DNA of 60,636 nt, filler included, from Sphacelaria rigidula (Eukaryota), in NCBI GenBank assembly GCA_964200075.2. It is 5 parts of 5 records of this genome, joined end to end, with 100 filler letters (N's around TTAATTAATTAA, not from the genome) between each part and the next. Parts side by side here need not be neighbours in the genome. Positions count along the whole stretch, not along the records: positions 24,297 to 36,344 come from CAXNAA020004197.1; positions 36,445 to 48,491 come from CAXNAA020004198.1; 3 more parts are not named here. One strand, given 5' to 3'. A program made the position numbers and the translations under genes. The notes under the pieces were generated by a model, which was given only the letters and a program-made list of their open reading frames with translations, did not search any database and was not told the DNA's origin. The stretch's first letter is position 1. Each line of letters starts with the position of its first letter. This document shows positions 24,736-37,467 of the stretch, piece after piece.

Positions 24736-27700
24736 CATCAGTTGTAGTCTGAAACTTGCAGCTCTCGAGAATGATCTCCGCCGCCCCCTTGGAGTACACC
24801 CGCTGCCCGTTCGCATTTCCCCTCACATTGTTGTGGATAAGGGACGTCATACGTTTTCGCATGCTAGAAAAGGGAAATAGCCTGTCTCCCTTGCTGGAGT
24901 CCATCCTCTCCGTCCTAAGCTGCCAGTAGTTTTGTCCTAATCTACCCACCAAGGCGAGCAGAGCGCCCTCCGTCTATGTTATTTTTTTGCCACGGGCGAG
25001 TAAGCCCAGCAGTACATCGAAGAGAATAATAAAAAAGGAGGGGGGGGGGGGTAAAGGGGGGAGGAGGGTGAAGAGAGAAGAGAACAAGAAGGGACGATTG
25101 GGAAAAAAAAATAATAATAAGCAGGGGGAAGAAACAAGCCAACTGAAATGGACCTCTCAAGAGACAATTACCCCTCGCCGCAAAAACCAGAAACATTAAC
25201 CAAATAAAGCGTTTAGACTTCCTCTGCCTGCCCGTCTGTCTTACACATACATTGAGGTCATGATGAACCACTCGAGTACAAGCGTCCACCCATTCACGGC
25301 GGCGAGCGTGCACACGCACGCATGCACGTGTTTGAGGCCTCCGCTGTCACCGCCACTCAATTCATTCACGCATGCACAAGAACATACGCTGAGCTGTGTG
25401 CTTTCCTCCCATCGCCCCCGGGGGAAAAAGGCATGTACTCTTCGGTTTGTAAATAACCGACGGTGGTTTGTAGCACGCTAGTGTGTCTATATTTCAGCGT
25501 GTGTAGGCGCCACGTACAATCCATCTGTCCTGTTTCCCAGTCTCCTGTCTGCTCACCTTGCTCCCCACGCACACCAGCATACCATCCTCATCTTTCTTGA
25601 GGCGGGCCGTGGTGTTTACAGAAACCCCTTCGCAGACGTAGTCAGCGGCAGGACCGATCAGGTCTGGGGTCCCGTTCTCGGACAATTCTCCCGCAAACCA
25701 CCCGCAAACCACCGTCATCCGGTTCTCCGTCAGGGTGCCCGTCTTGTCAGAGCAAATATTGGTCGCATTACCCATCGTCTCGCATGCCTGAACATGCATA
25801 CACGGTGTATGATAAGGTCAGAGTTAAGGTTGTGGCACGTAGGGCCGTACCTGTTTCACTTCCGATTTCAAATATTTGTGGGACAATTCAAAACTGATTC
25901 TCCGCGCACAATTACCCAAGATTCAGGCAGGTGCCCGTGCGGATAAAACTAGTATGTTATGCCAAGGTAGTAGATGCTCCAGTAGAGTTGACCGGTTGAT
26001 CAATGGAACTTTCCCGGATTCTTGATTTGAGATTGAACACCGATATTCAGATCTTCAGTGGGGTTCACAGCCTCAAGTTCTCCTAGCGTGCGCAGAACTC
26101 GTTAAAGTCAAAATCGGGGCCAATGCCACCCTTTGCCTAGGGAGCACTTTGCGAGGTTAGTTCACCACTTGGTAGGTATCGGAAGTTACTCGGAAATTCA
26201 TGATTTCGATTACAGGAACAATAGCACTAACCCTAACCAAACCAAGGCATACCGAGAACTCTCGAGCGAGGGGGTGCGAAGTGTTTCCTAGGCAAATTTT
26301 GCGTTACCAGACCTCAAATCGACGCCTGGGGCAGAAACGCGTTCTGCGCACGCTGGGAGCACGCCGGGACAACAGCACTCCCATCAAAGATCCGGATTTA
26401 CACCACACTAAAATCCAATATTCACCAGGTGGTGGACCCTACCTCACTCTGCGCCACCCTCGCCCGAGGGTTCTCGGTATGCCTTGGGTTTTGGTTAGGG
26501 TTATAGGGTGAGCATTAGTTCGAGATAATATATTTCCGAGAATTTTCTTCAAATATTTGATCGACTAACTGGTGAACGTATCTCAATTGCGCGCAACACC
26601 TGCTCGTTTGCGGCACCAAAGCCCACCTTGTGATTGGCTTGCTCGTTTGGCTCTCACTCAAGAAAAAAAATCCGTTTGAAAGGTATCCCCAAAACCAGCC
26701 ACCCGACGCTCAACGAAACAACCACCCTTTTTTTGCCAGGCTCACCGCCAAAACCCGGATGAGGTTGTTATCCTTCAGCATCTTCGAGGTGGAATACGCC
26801 AGGGAGATGGTCACCGCCAGAGGCAAGCCCTCGGGCACGGCAACGACCACGATGGTTACGCTCAGCACGAAGGCGTGCAGGATGTTCTCGAACACCGTGT
26901 CCACGCGCTCCCCAAGCTGAGCGCTGTCCAGTACCTGCAGCATGACATATGGTAGTTTCAGGTATAAATTCAAAAACGACCTTGAAAAAAACATATATAT
27001 CGCTCTGCTCCCCCAGGTGAGCACTGTACGAACTATCCAGTTTCCTGCGAAACAACCTTTTTCAAATGGCGCCCCACCTCAGGTGAGCACTCTATTGTGC
27101 CCCTCTTTCCCAACACGTGTCAAGATCTCGAGTTTGTCAAAGAAGTGCAATCTCGACACGGAGTCGCAGCAGTAGCCCGCCTGCACGCGATGAACGCAGA
27201 GGCACTGCCACATCTGTGCTTGAGGTACAGCAGGATAGATGCAGCCACGAGATTATCCCTCATCATTGGCGAGGGGTCATGTGTTCGACAGGTGTTGTTG
27301 GAGTTCGTAACCGCCTTCACACGTTGGTCATGTTCCGACGCACATAGACTCGGAAGCCCTATTACGAGTACCATCCCCAACTCACAAAACATTAAAATAT
27401 CTTGTTTGCGGTGATCTCCTCAACTTCCACGAATACCAAGGACCCATCTCCTGGCGTTTCACGTGCTTCACGGGATTGGAGTTATTCAATCGGGCGATTC
27501 TTGCTTACCCTGTGTGTCGTGAAGTACACACTCATGGTGGCGACGAAGGTCGCCGCGGCGCAGGCCATGCCGACATAGCCAATGTTGGCAGCCATGGTGT
27601 CTAGCTTTTCCTGAAGAGGGGTATCACTAGGCTCCTCCTGCAGCTTCGCCTGCGACAGCACGACATAAAAAAGCATATGAATTTACGTCCAAGATACATG

Positions 27701-30700
27701 AGAACACTATCGTACGTTTTGTAGCTCCCACGAAAGATTGGTTACCAGAAGGGCTTTTATTCAAATTTTTCTCTTCCATTGAAGGAAGGTGGAAACTTCA
27801 CCCAACACTTTTCCCGCAGGCGAGAATGCCGATTACTCGGAGGAACCTCCTCGGGACAGTCATGTGGGGTAGGCGCCTCGAGCGCTTGGAAGCTTTGCTC
27901 AAGACAAGTGTAGAGGGCCGAATCCCTTGTAAACTTCGCGCCGTGCACGCGCCGCCCTACTCTTCCGAGCTTTGGCCCTAGTGAGTGCTTTGCTGGTGCT
28001 GTAGCTGTAGGGTCTAGCTTCGTGGACGCGGCGTGGAGCAGACATAGCTTACCCAAATATATATGTATATGTCCTATATTTACGATTACAAGTCACGTGG
28101 ATCCCGAACAAAACGTCTGTAAAAATACGACGTGCAGGCACATCCTCAATACCCTCCCTCAATCACACCTTCCAGTTTTCTCGTGAGCTCCGGTTTGGAA
28201 AAGGTGAAAAGTTGGTAGGCATTAGCTCCGTAAGCGCGCTTAAAGTTTGACTTAATTTGGGGTTCTCGGGCTTGAAGAAGCCTTTTTATCGAAAAACTTA
28301 AAGAGAGCTCAAAATGTTTCAAAAAGCTTTTTGTGTGCTCGAATCGCGCATAAAATTGCGATATTTTTTACGCGTCTCCAGCAGCCAAGGTATCAGCTAC
28401 TTGAGAGTGTTCCCTACGACCCATGGCGTCACTCGTCACTCGTCACCAGACTGGCTTCAATATCAAGTACAGTACTCCAAACTGCCATCGTTGCGGGTCT
28501 GATCCGGAAAACGTTTCTGTTTGTATTATTATATATATATATATATTTGATACTGTGTTGATATGAAAAATGTAATGTATATTTTATACAAAAGTTGTGC
28601 CATGGGGTTCATTGTACTTTGTACCGTGTACCGTGTACAGCGTACAACCTACAGCGTTTTGGAAGGGTAATCCATGAAAGCAGCAGCGAGAAGTGACTAT
28701 GGCAGAGCCGGAAGAGGTCGAGGTGGCTGGGGCGCGGAGTTCGAACCCTCTGCCGCGCGACGCTGCAGAGACCGCGGACCTCGAGGCGCAAGAGGCAGGA
28801 AAAAAAGCTCGGGCCATGTTCGCGCGTCATTTTAAACAAGCTGAGCCGTCACAGGCAACAGCCCGTTCGCGTAAGAGGGCGAAGCAGAAGGCGGCCGAGC
28901 AACGCCAGCGAGACATCGCGGAGGCGCGGGATAATCCACAAGAGCCGGCTACCGACACCAGTATCGACAAAGAGCGCTACAGTAGCACCAGTACGCATCA
29001 CAAACGACGGCAGGTCAGGGCTGCGGAAGCCGCCGCCGACGGTCGCAATTTTAAACCGCGTGGGGCGTATACTGGTGACGACACTGCTAAGCGCCAGAAG
29101 AAGTTGTCATCAATCGACCGCGTGAAGGAGTTTAGGCATTAGCTCCGTAAAGCAGCATCAGGCTACGCCGGGGAAGAGGTCCGCCAGCTTGCTGTGTTCC
29201 CCTTCGTGACCCCCGAGGTCATGGCGGGCCTTTTGTCCGAAAATGATGACTTTCTGGTCGCGGCCTCGGGCGCGCACTCAAATTACGGTTTGCTGTCGTT
29301 CTGGGACGATAACAAAACAAGGCTTCCCACTTGGTATCTCGAGGCGATGGGTATCGTACTTATTCAGCCATCGTCCGCGTTCATGGAGCAAGTCTTTTCC
29401 GTTTTGAGGGGGTGTTTGGATTCCCGCCAGGAGAGGGGGTTAGGTGACCGGATCGAAGCCGCGGTCATGCTCAACTGCAATCGGAGCCGGAAGTTTGACA
29501 CGATTTCAAATGTCGACTGATGGTATATGATGGGGGGGGGGGGGACAGGGGCGATAGCTTGTACGTAGCTTGAAGCTTGCCGGGCGAGAGGCCATAGGCT
29601 GCAATACCCTGTGTCCACAGGTTGCAATGACCCACTGCTACATCATGCACCATGAGTGTACGTAGTGCGTACACGTTGTTTCGATTGTTGGTTTGGGTTG
29701 CCATTCAAACTCAATGATCGGAGAAAAGTCCTATTTTTCAATCAAAAACATTTTTTAAAACTTCGAATACCCAAATTGTCGTCTTCTCCTTATGCTAGAA
29801 GGCGCGCCTCGTGAGGGGATACCGCCACAACGCCACAACAAGGATGCGAAGGGGGCGCATAAAGTACGCATATTTTCGCTGAAAAAGCTTAGAGTGGGGC
29901 ATAAAACAAGGGGGAAGGGCTTAATATATATAAATATATACATAATTTTATTTTTATGAAAAAACGGGCTTACGGAGCTAATGCCTAATAGTTGGGGCGC
30001 AGTTGTCTCCAGTCTCATCTGTGGTGAATAATACCATGTACCCCAACGTTTTCGGTGCCGCTGGGCACAAAGATCGCGAGCTTTGATAAAACCGCGCGAG
30101 GAACACGTATAGCAAACACGTATAGCATTAGCGAAACTTTCAACAGAGCCATGAATGGGTACCTCAAGAGCTTGCGAAGCTGCTGCGACTGCTTCTACAA
30201 CACAATGCTTGCGGCAAGAACTTCGATGCCACACGCACGCACGCACGACTACTACTACTACGGCTCACCGAAAGTGCGTGACCATCAACGTTGCAAAACT
30301 TCATACACACACAAGGACCACATGCGACAGGCAGGAATCACCTCACGTTGTACATCTGTAGAGAACCATGGTGTGTGTGCCTCGGGCATTGTGCCTTTTG
30401 CTTGTTGACTGCTACTGTCATGGGCCCGAATGGGGGGCCTAACGACCATTTGAAAAAACAACAAAAAACGCATAGGAAAAGTGAACACGTCATGCCGAGC
30501 AGAACACGAGCAGAACACACGCTTCACCCCTTAAGAACTCTTTTGGTACTGGCAATGGAAAAGTGCTGATTCCGAGGTTCTGTTTTTTTTAAAACATATG
30601 GTTGAATGTTTGCAGCTACGACGCAGCACTATTTTGCCGAAGGCGTGTTCTTCAGACCCCCTACCGCTTCTAACTAGCGGTGAATCGCGTAAATACTGTA

Positions 30701-33700
30701 TCGCACCCCAATCCTTCCACGTGTGGTTGGGGGATTTTGGCGTGCTCGGCCATACCACTTTGTTGATGTGGTGTGGCCAATCAGGCTCGTCAAGTGTTGG
30801 GCGGGTACGACCTCCTGACTGCAGCACAGCAATACCTTGTTGCTCCGGTGGGGTGCGTCAACGATATAAACGTGTGTCCCAGTACCACACGGGACTCAGT
30901 ATATAAAAATATATACAGGTGGTGCTGATTTTTGTTGTATGAAATTCAGAGACCGCGGTGCTGGTTTTTGCTGTGTGCACACAGTTGAACACACTGGATC
31001 CGTTGCGTCCACTCATTGAATGATAATTACCCGACCGTACCGGGGCGACATTCTTGGTGCGAGCATGACGTATGTCGGTGGATTTTTCTGTGGCCTTGCG
31101 CCGTAAGAATGATCGTTGTCGGTATTTTCTTTTCACATCTCTTCCTCTTTGTCAGTGCTTGAAATAATGAGGCGTTTGGACCGGGGATGGGAGGAGAGGA
31201 TTCCCGGGTTAACTTGTTTTAGTATGTGACAGCTGTAGCCGTTTTCATCGCAAGTTTCTCGACACAGGAAGCAAGCCGGCCCGCGGCACTTCACAGCTCC
31301 CAGCATACACACAACAGCTAGGTCAAACCGTTACCTCCTTCGCTCAATTCGCCACAGCGGATCCGAAAAGTCCCAAAAGCTGAAAAACTACTTATTTTTG
31401 TACATTTGGGTTTGTCGCAGCCCAGTATCACTCGCGAAGGCAATCGCGTAACGGCGCGACCTACATTGTGTATGTGGAAAGTCCACGCAAGAACCCGCAG
31501 TCCAATCCTCCACTTCGTTGCCGAGATAACCGCTTTGAAAGATCGGCATAACAACATACTGCAACAATAGGGGCACAACAACACGAGCAGCAGGCTACAT
31601 CCTCCTGTTCTTGTGACCCTGTGTACAGATGTACAGCAACGCCAGTCACAGGTTTGTTGTAGAATGTACTACTATACGAGTATAGCAATAGTACATTTTG
31701 TATAAGCGTGGTGGTCATTTCGAGGTGAAGGGTGTACTTGTGACTGACACTGACTCGCTCATGTAGGCTTCATTTCTTCCGCAGACAGTGGTCGGCGCGC
31801 ACTTTCCCGAAGTAAAGCGCCCAAAATCGGCGGCCCATTTCCTCTCATAACTTTTTGACCACCTAAAGGTGCCTTGCGTGGATGTGCAAGGCCATATCAC
31901 ACCACCATGAGCCCCTTTAATATGTTTCATGAAAACGCCTTGAACCCATCATTGTGAAGGAGCCCCCTGAGGAAATCTTCGTCCTTCAACACAGAAACAT
32001 ATATGCTTCCCTCTGCCAACCTGTGTTGGATAGCAATCCATCTGCCAACCTGTGTTGGATAGCAATCCATAGGGAAAAAAAGAGAAGTAGGTGCTGACGC
32101 TTCAAGACGTGCTCATGCCAGCATCCTTGATACCCAAAATACGGCACCAATTATGTGTTATTCTCCATGACCGGATAAGCATCAATGCACGGAAGCCGTC
32201 ACGGTCGGTGTACACGGCATGCTGCTTTTCTGCACGGTGAACAAACCGTTGCCACAGGCTGGTTCAGGTTCATCACCCAAAAAACACTCATCGGCAAACC
32301 CTCACTCCGTTTTCGGGAGTTACACCCTGAAATCTTGCACAGATGTTCTATGAGGCATAACGCAACTCTTCAAGGTCGAGTTTTTTTTTTCGAATTTTTT
32401 ACTTATCCCACCGTTTTTCAGGGGTCCCAGTTTTTTGGGAAAACATCGATCCAGTCGGACCCCGTAAAACGTTCAAGAAAGGAGAACTAAAAGAACCTCG
32501 TTCACCCAAAGTTGCGTACTCACCCATAGCACAGTTGTGCAAAATTTAAGGGTCCGACTCCTCAAAACGGCGTGAGGTTCTTCGCTTTTGTGCGATGAAC
32601 TTCGACGTGCCGCGCTGAAACCGCAAACTACTTGATTTTAGAGAGAAAACGGCGTTTTTGGGCCTTCTTTAACATTGACATGAAAATTCAACCATCAGTT
32701 GATTGAGTTTTGCGACGAAATTCTGTGGGGCCCTTCCTGGGGTTTTGCGACGACAGCTTGTTCACGAAAAAATGACGAAAACATACCGTGGTGCCGGTTT
32801 TCCGGAGTCCCAGAATGGAGACTACTTCGAAAAACGACTTGAATCCCTTCGGACGCCCGACAAACGGTGAAAAACTCAAGAAGTGAAGAAACCTCGTCCG
32901 CAGTAAGTTGCGTGATGACACATGGCATATTTCTGCAAAGTTCTAACTCCTGCTAACGGCGTGAAGGTTTGCGCGTTTAGGGAGCACGTGGGCTTGAAAC
33001 GTGCAACTCCTAGCTGTTTGGTTTTAGTCCAGAAACATCTTTGTCGGTGAATTTCACCTCAAGGGAAGAAAAACTGTATGAGTGTTTCGAGTTTCCCCAC
33101 CAAAATTTACACGTGTTGCTTGGACTATTCCAGGAGGCATGATTTAATTTCATTTTTTTGGGGCATTTTGTACCACCTTCCGGGGGTCTTCATACTGGGA
33201 CCTCCGGAAGCCGGTAGACAACAGAGAAAACATGAAATACTGTCAAGAATACATTTTCTCCATTTGGAACATCAATACCTACGGAATTGCCAAGTTTGAA
33301 GGCGATCTGAGCTGTTCTGCAACAAAAATAGGAGACACCGTCACGAGGCTACCTGGGTCTTTCATGCGTAAACATTAGGGTTTAGGGTATAATTCGACCC
33401 CCGTAGTAACCGTTTCATTTTTTTTTTTTCCGCTAGATTCCCGAGCCGATGACGGTTACTACGATTTGAAGGACGTGGAGATTGGGTGAAATTTGGGCTT
33501 GGAATCTGTATTTTCGATCTCGGAACAATTCGACGGGCGCTGATTGGTCGATACACATTTTCTCCCTTAGCGCTATCACTGTGGCCTTACACACAAACCC
33601 GGATATGTCACGCTCTTCAGCTGTCCATAGCGGTCAGTATGATGTCATGTATGCGACTATTGGGTAGGTATTGCGAAAGGCATTCGCTGATGACACGATT

Positions 33701-35240
33701 TTGGGTGATGAGCGTGAACCAGCCTGTATATGGTCTCTCGGTGTGTCAATTGATGGATGGATAAATCAATCGACTGATTGATTGTCGCACATTATGCTAT
33801 GAGTCAAGAACCCATACGCTATCATAAGATAGGAATGTGCCTATCCGGGGTGAACGAATAAAGGATGATACCCCACAGAAGGGCACCCCCATCCCCCTTT
33901 TTTTAGAGAGGCTTCCAGCGTTTGGATTCGCGGTTCAGTTGGTCGCATTCACTTTGGGCATATTGCTCTACATTCGATTGGTCAAGGTGGACCCCAGGTA
34001 CGAGTGAACCAAGACACAAAACCAAACCCCTCTTCCTCCTCCTCCCAAAAGACAAGGTGTATGATGTTTCGACTGCTGCGCATGTTCCAATAACACAAAA
34101 CAAAAAAAGGCATAAACGTGGAGAAAAAAATGTAAGCACCAGTATGAGCATCATGGTCAGCACCGCCACCTCCACCGCCGCCAACAGGAGGGAAAAGAGC
34201 GAGCAGAACAGGCTGATTTAAAAATGGTTTTGAACAATACATTAAAAAACGAAAAAAAATCACCTTGATTCTGCCCCATCGACTCTCCGCGCCGACAGCA
34301 ATCACCATCATGGTCGCCCGCCCGCTGGTCAACGTGCAACCCGACAGCATGAATAAGTCACCCCCCAGTCCCGCACCCTCCTCGCCGCCCTTACGTACGT
34401 CCTCCGCCTCGCCCGTCAACGAAGATTCGTTGACGGATACATCGTCTCCCTGCGTCAAAACTCCATCCGCTGGAATCTTGTCTCCTGCTTCTAAAAGGAC
34501 TACATCTCCCACGAGGATATTCTTCGTCGACATCTCCAGGATCTCGCCGGCGCGCACCACCTGCTTTTTTTTGTCGGCAATTTTCCTTTTTTCACTAGAA
34601 GCCAGTTGACAGATAAATCCATAGCTCTCTCACAAGATCCGCTGTCGGAGGAGGATGACTTATACATACATATATATGATTCAAGTTCACAGCGTAAGCG
34701 CCGGGTAGTCATCATCGAGTGTAGTATGACCCCGTTGATTTTCCTGTCTTGTACGTTTCACGTGTGAATGTACGAACATCGTGTGGAAAAAGATCTTCTT
34801 GATTATGACCTACAAGGAAAATCAGGTCCCGAAATTGGGCTGCTTTAGGCACACCGCAAGCAAAACAGCGCGTTTTTTCTCTAGTCCTGTTGATTTGATT
34901 AACTTAATGTCGCACATTCAACTCATCTACAGAGGTGGTTCATTTTCGCTGCATCGTCCTTCTTAGGGAAAAAAAAGGTGAACATCAAATACATGATGAA
35001 ATAAATATGTGACTTGGGCTCAACGACAAACAGCACAGCGAAAAAAAAGCAGACACGATTTTTTTTGGTACTCGTTAAGCTTGCCTGCACGGTGACATCG
35101 TCCTTGACGGCATTCAGCGCCCTGAACTGCTTGTCCTTGGAGTAATCGTTGGTAGCAGTAACCACAGCTACGATCAACACCGCGCACAAGATGGCCACGC
35201 CTTCCACCCAGCCTTTGGATGGATCGCTGTAGAACCCCAC
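24736..35240 (-). CDS. P2B (PMCA/ACA-type) calcium-transporting P-type ATPase, partial (exons 35240-35085, 34560-34264, 27649-27509, 26934-26746, 25787-25557, 24973-24736)
   Basis: Motifs [65 protein letters not shown] (phospho-Asp), [19 protein letters not shown]. Exon phases are compatible. Confidence 0.95.
26160..26578. mobile_element. Intronic MITE-like element with inverted repeats capped by telomere-like motifs
   Basis: ctaaccctaaccaaaccaaggcataccgagaactctcgagcgaggg (~26227-26272) is inverted at ~26457-26503. Outer gttcacca/tggtgaac and ctcggaaat/atttccgag also pair. Confidence 0.6.
28693..29142 (+). pseudogene. Probable hAT transposase N-terminal fragment
   Basis: Basic, low-complexity ORF inside the TIRs, terminated by the TAG of an internal TIR copy. 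Confidence 0.55.
29194..29520 (+). pseudogene. hAT transposase C-terminal dimerisation domain fragment
   Basis: [14 protein letters not shown]...[14 protein letters not shown]...[16 protein letters not shown] matches the hAT dimerisation pattern (W..P....SSA..ER.FS..R..L). Confidence 0.8.
32012..32069. repeat. Perfect 29-bp tandem duplication
   Basis: tctgccaacctgtgttggatagcaatcca x2. Confidence 0.95.
32500..33730. mobile_element. Second copy of the modular repeat family seen at 6752-7830
   Basis: Shares the 'actc......cggcgtga.g' modules, 'tacttgatt' and the 'tggagatt.ggtg.aa.ttgggcttggaat..gggcgctgat.ggtc' block. Confidence 0.65.
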
Positions 35241-36344
35241 CTTATGTAATAAAATGAAGCATGACGCAAGAACAGGGGGTACGCTGACAGTTACGGGACG
35301 GATATTCGACGACAAACAAGTTATTTCTTCAAAGTAGCGGCGTTGCACGTGTCCATCTTCCCATGTTTGGGTCATGTGGATAGTTTGAGTTTTTCTTTTT
35401 CTCCAATTCTTGCGAGTCCGCTTGGTTGAAAAAACAAGAAAGGAGCTCATGTGCAGAGCTCGCTTTGCACACTTGAAAAACAAAACCCCGACGAAAATAG
35501 AGGGAAAATAAAATTGGCAGGAGACGAATATTGTACTTTTTATTTCGATGTGCACAAAAAACACGTTTGGGCGATCGGAAAAACATCGAGAATTTCGTAC
35601 AAGGACGACCGACCACTCCGTACAACCATCTCGCGCGATCGCAGAAACAACACAGTGATTCGAAACCGGGGTCCAAACCGCAACGGTAATAGCAACCGTG
35701 TGAGTGTGTGAGTGTGTATGTACGTAGAAACACGGTGTCGTGCAAAAATGGACAAGTAGGCGATTTAGGGAGACAAAAAAACAGGCTACCTCTGGCACAA
35801 AAATCAAACACGCCAACTATGATGCTAGTAGAGTTGTCGCTATAAAAAACGAATGCTGCGCATTTTGCTAGTGTACAGTAAGTACAAGTACGACAGCGGC
35901 AATGACGAGATATATATACATATACACGCTACACACACATAAAAAAATGGCATCTGCAGTCAACGACATAATGGTGACACATACACCACCCGTTGTAGTT
36001 GCCACAGGATAAATCAGCCCTTACATTCTGGTTTTGTCTTTGCTTCATCTTTATCTTCCTCTCAGTCTACCCTGTCTGCTCCACCCTTCTGTTTTCCCCC
36101 ACTCTTCTTGCGGCGAGTGCATCTGGTTTCTTTTATTTCGGGTACGCATATCATGTGGATAACGACCACGGCTGGATCTTTGGGGGATCATTTATTTCAC
36201 GACAAGCCATTAATGAAAGCCAATTTTAGAAGAAAAAAAAAAACGAGAAAGTCCTCAGAGCGTGAAAAATTCCAAGGCTCCTCTCGGGAATATTCCCGTG
36301 ATACCGCGGTATTTTTTTTAAATCGACATACTGGCCGCAAGAAA

Positions 36345-36444
36345 NNNNNNNNNNNNNNNNNNNNNNNNNNNNNNNNNNNNNNNNNNNNTTAATTAATTAA
36401 NNNNNNNNNNNNNNNNNNNNNNNNNNNNNNNNNNNNNNNNNNNN
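36345..36444. other. Artificial contig linker
   Basis: N-TTAATTAATTAA-N, 100 bp. Confidence 0.99.
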
Positions 36445-36925
36445 TCACCTGGAGGTTTCCTTCTGGCCTCGATCGATCGCAAACGTGGCGCAGCTTAGCT
36501 TCCTCCTTGCGTCGCTCCCTCCCTTCCCGCAGAGTCTGGAAAACAAACAAGGGGTCGGGCGTTACACGGTGTTTGACTTGTGGATTGTGGTACAGGAAAA
36601 AAAAGATTACCCCTTCCGCAAATTTCCAACCATCCCTTTTCTCTCCGGCTCTGAGCCTGATGAGCTTTTTTTTCCTCGCCTTGTTACAAAGGTGGTCAAA
36701 GTCCCGAGACAAGCCTGAAACGCGGCGTCGTCGATCGTGTCTCGGTGGCTGATCTCTCTCTTTCTCTCTCTCCCTCCCTCCCTCAGGCGGTGCCGCCCGG
36801 GACCTTTAATCGCGAAGGGTTTGGGGTACATGCGCCATTGAAACAGGGGCGGGCGATGGTGCGTCCAAAGGGCAGTCATCAAACTTGCGAGTAGGAACAC
36901 GTGTTTCCATGCACACAATACCACC

Positions 36926-37237
36926 ATGGACACCAGATCGTCCACCAGACAGCGCCAGGCGAAGAGGGCTCGCATTGGTCATCCTATCTTCGATCACGCC
37001 ACCGACGGCGACTGCGACGCGTACTTGAATATGGTGGTGCAACACGAGTTGGGAATGCTCGCGAGGAAAAACGATCTCGAACTCGCTAAACAACGCGTCA
37101 TGGCCGAAGTGGACATCGTCATGACGTTGAAGGAGGCGTACGAAAAGGTTGGATTGTACGAAACGAGGGAAAGGGTTGGGCTTGCTGATATCATCACAGA
37201 GATTCAACGTCGCGCGTTCCCTCGCACCGACGGTTGA
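36926..37237 (+). CDS. Phaeovirus-like hypothetical protein, 103 aa
   Basis: Intact intronless ORF. PIFDH..AY..M...VMAEVDIV..KE..EKVG...R...A..I..IQRR aligns by eye with the C-terminus of the 37468-38914 pseudogene. Confidence 0.65.
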   Translation: MDTRSSTRQRQAKRARIGHPIFDHATDGDCDAYLNMVVQHELGMLARKNDLELAKQRVMAEVDIVMTLKEAYEKVGLYETRERVGLADIITEIQRRAFPRTDG

Positions 37238-37467
37238 TAGGCATTGTTGTGTGGTCGGACGGCAGTGGCGGGCTGGGTTGACGTTGCGATGTAGACTGTA
37301 ACTATTACTCCACATTTTCTCAAGGCCACCGCATCGCCGCCGGGTGGCTAGTGTCTACGTTGAACTCGAGAGTTGGAAAACGTGCACGCGATGCTCACAA
37401 CCAACAGGCACCGCGCTCAACAGCACAAAATAAAAATGTGCCTTGTGAATTACACGAAATAAATATC

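Larger units (their letters stand above)
28216..29987 (+). mobile_element. Internally deleted hAT DNA transposon in a Ca-ATPase intron
   Basis: Perfect 20-bp TIRs TAGGCATTAGCTCCGTAAGC (28216-28235; inverted 29968-29987), 8-bp TSD aaagttgg/atagttgg (7/8), and a transposase C-terminal remnant. Confidence 0.92.

Noticed and set aside
30000-31990. Possible degraded coding or transposon sequence in the long Ca-ATPase intron
   Set aside because: Short protein-like patches only, with no assignable motif or element ends.
34923-35816. 297-aa ORF as a stand-alone gene
   Set aside because: Only 35240-35085 is a Ca-ATPase exon; the rest is intron read-through.
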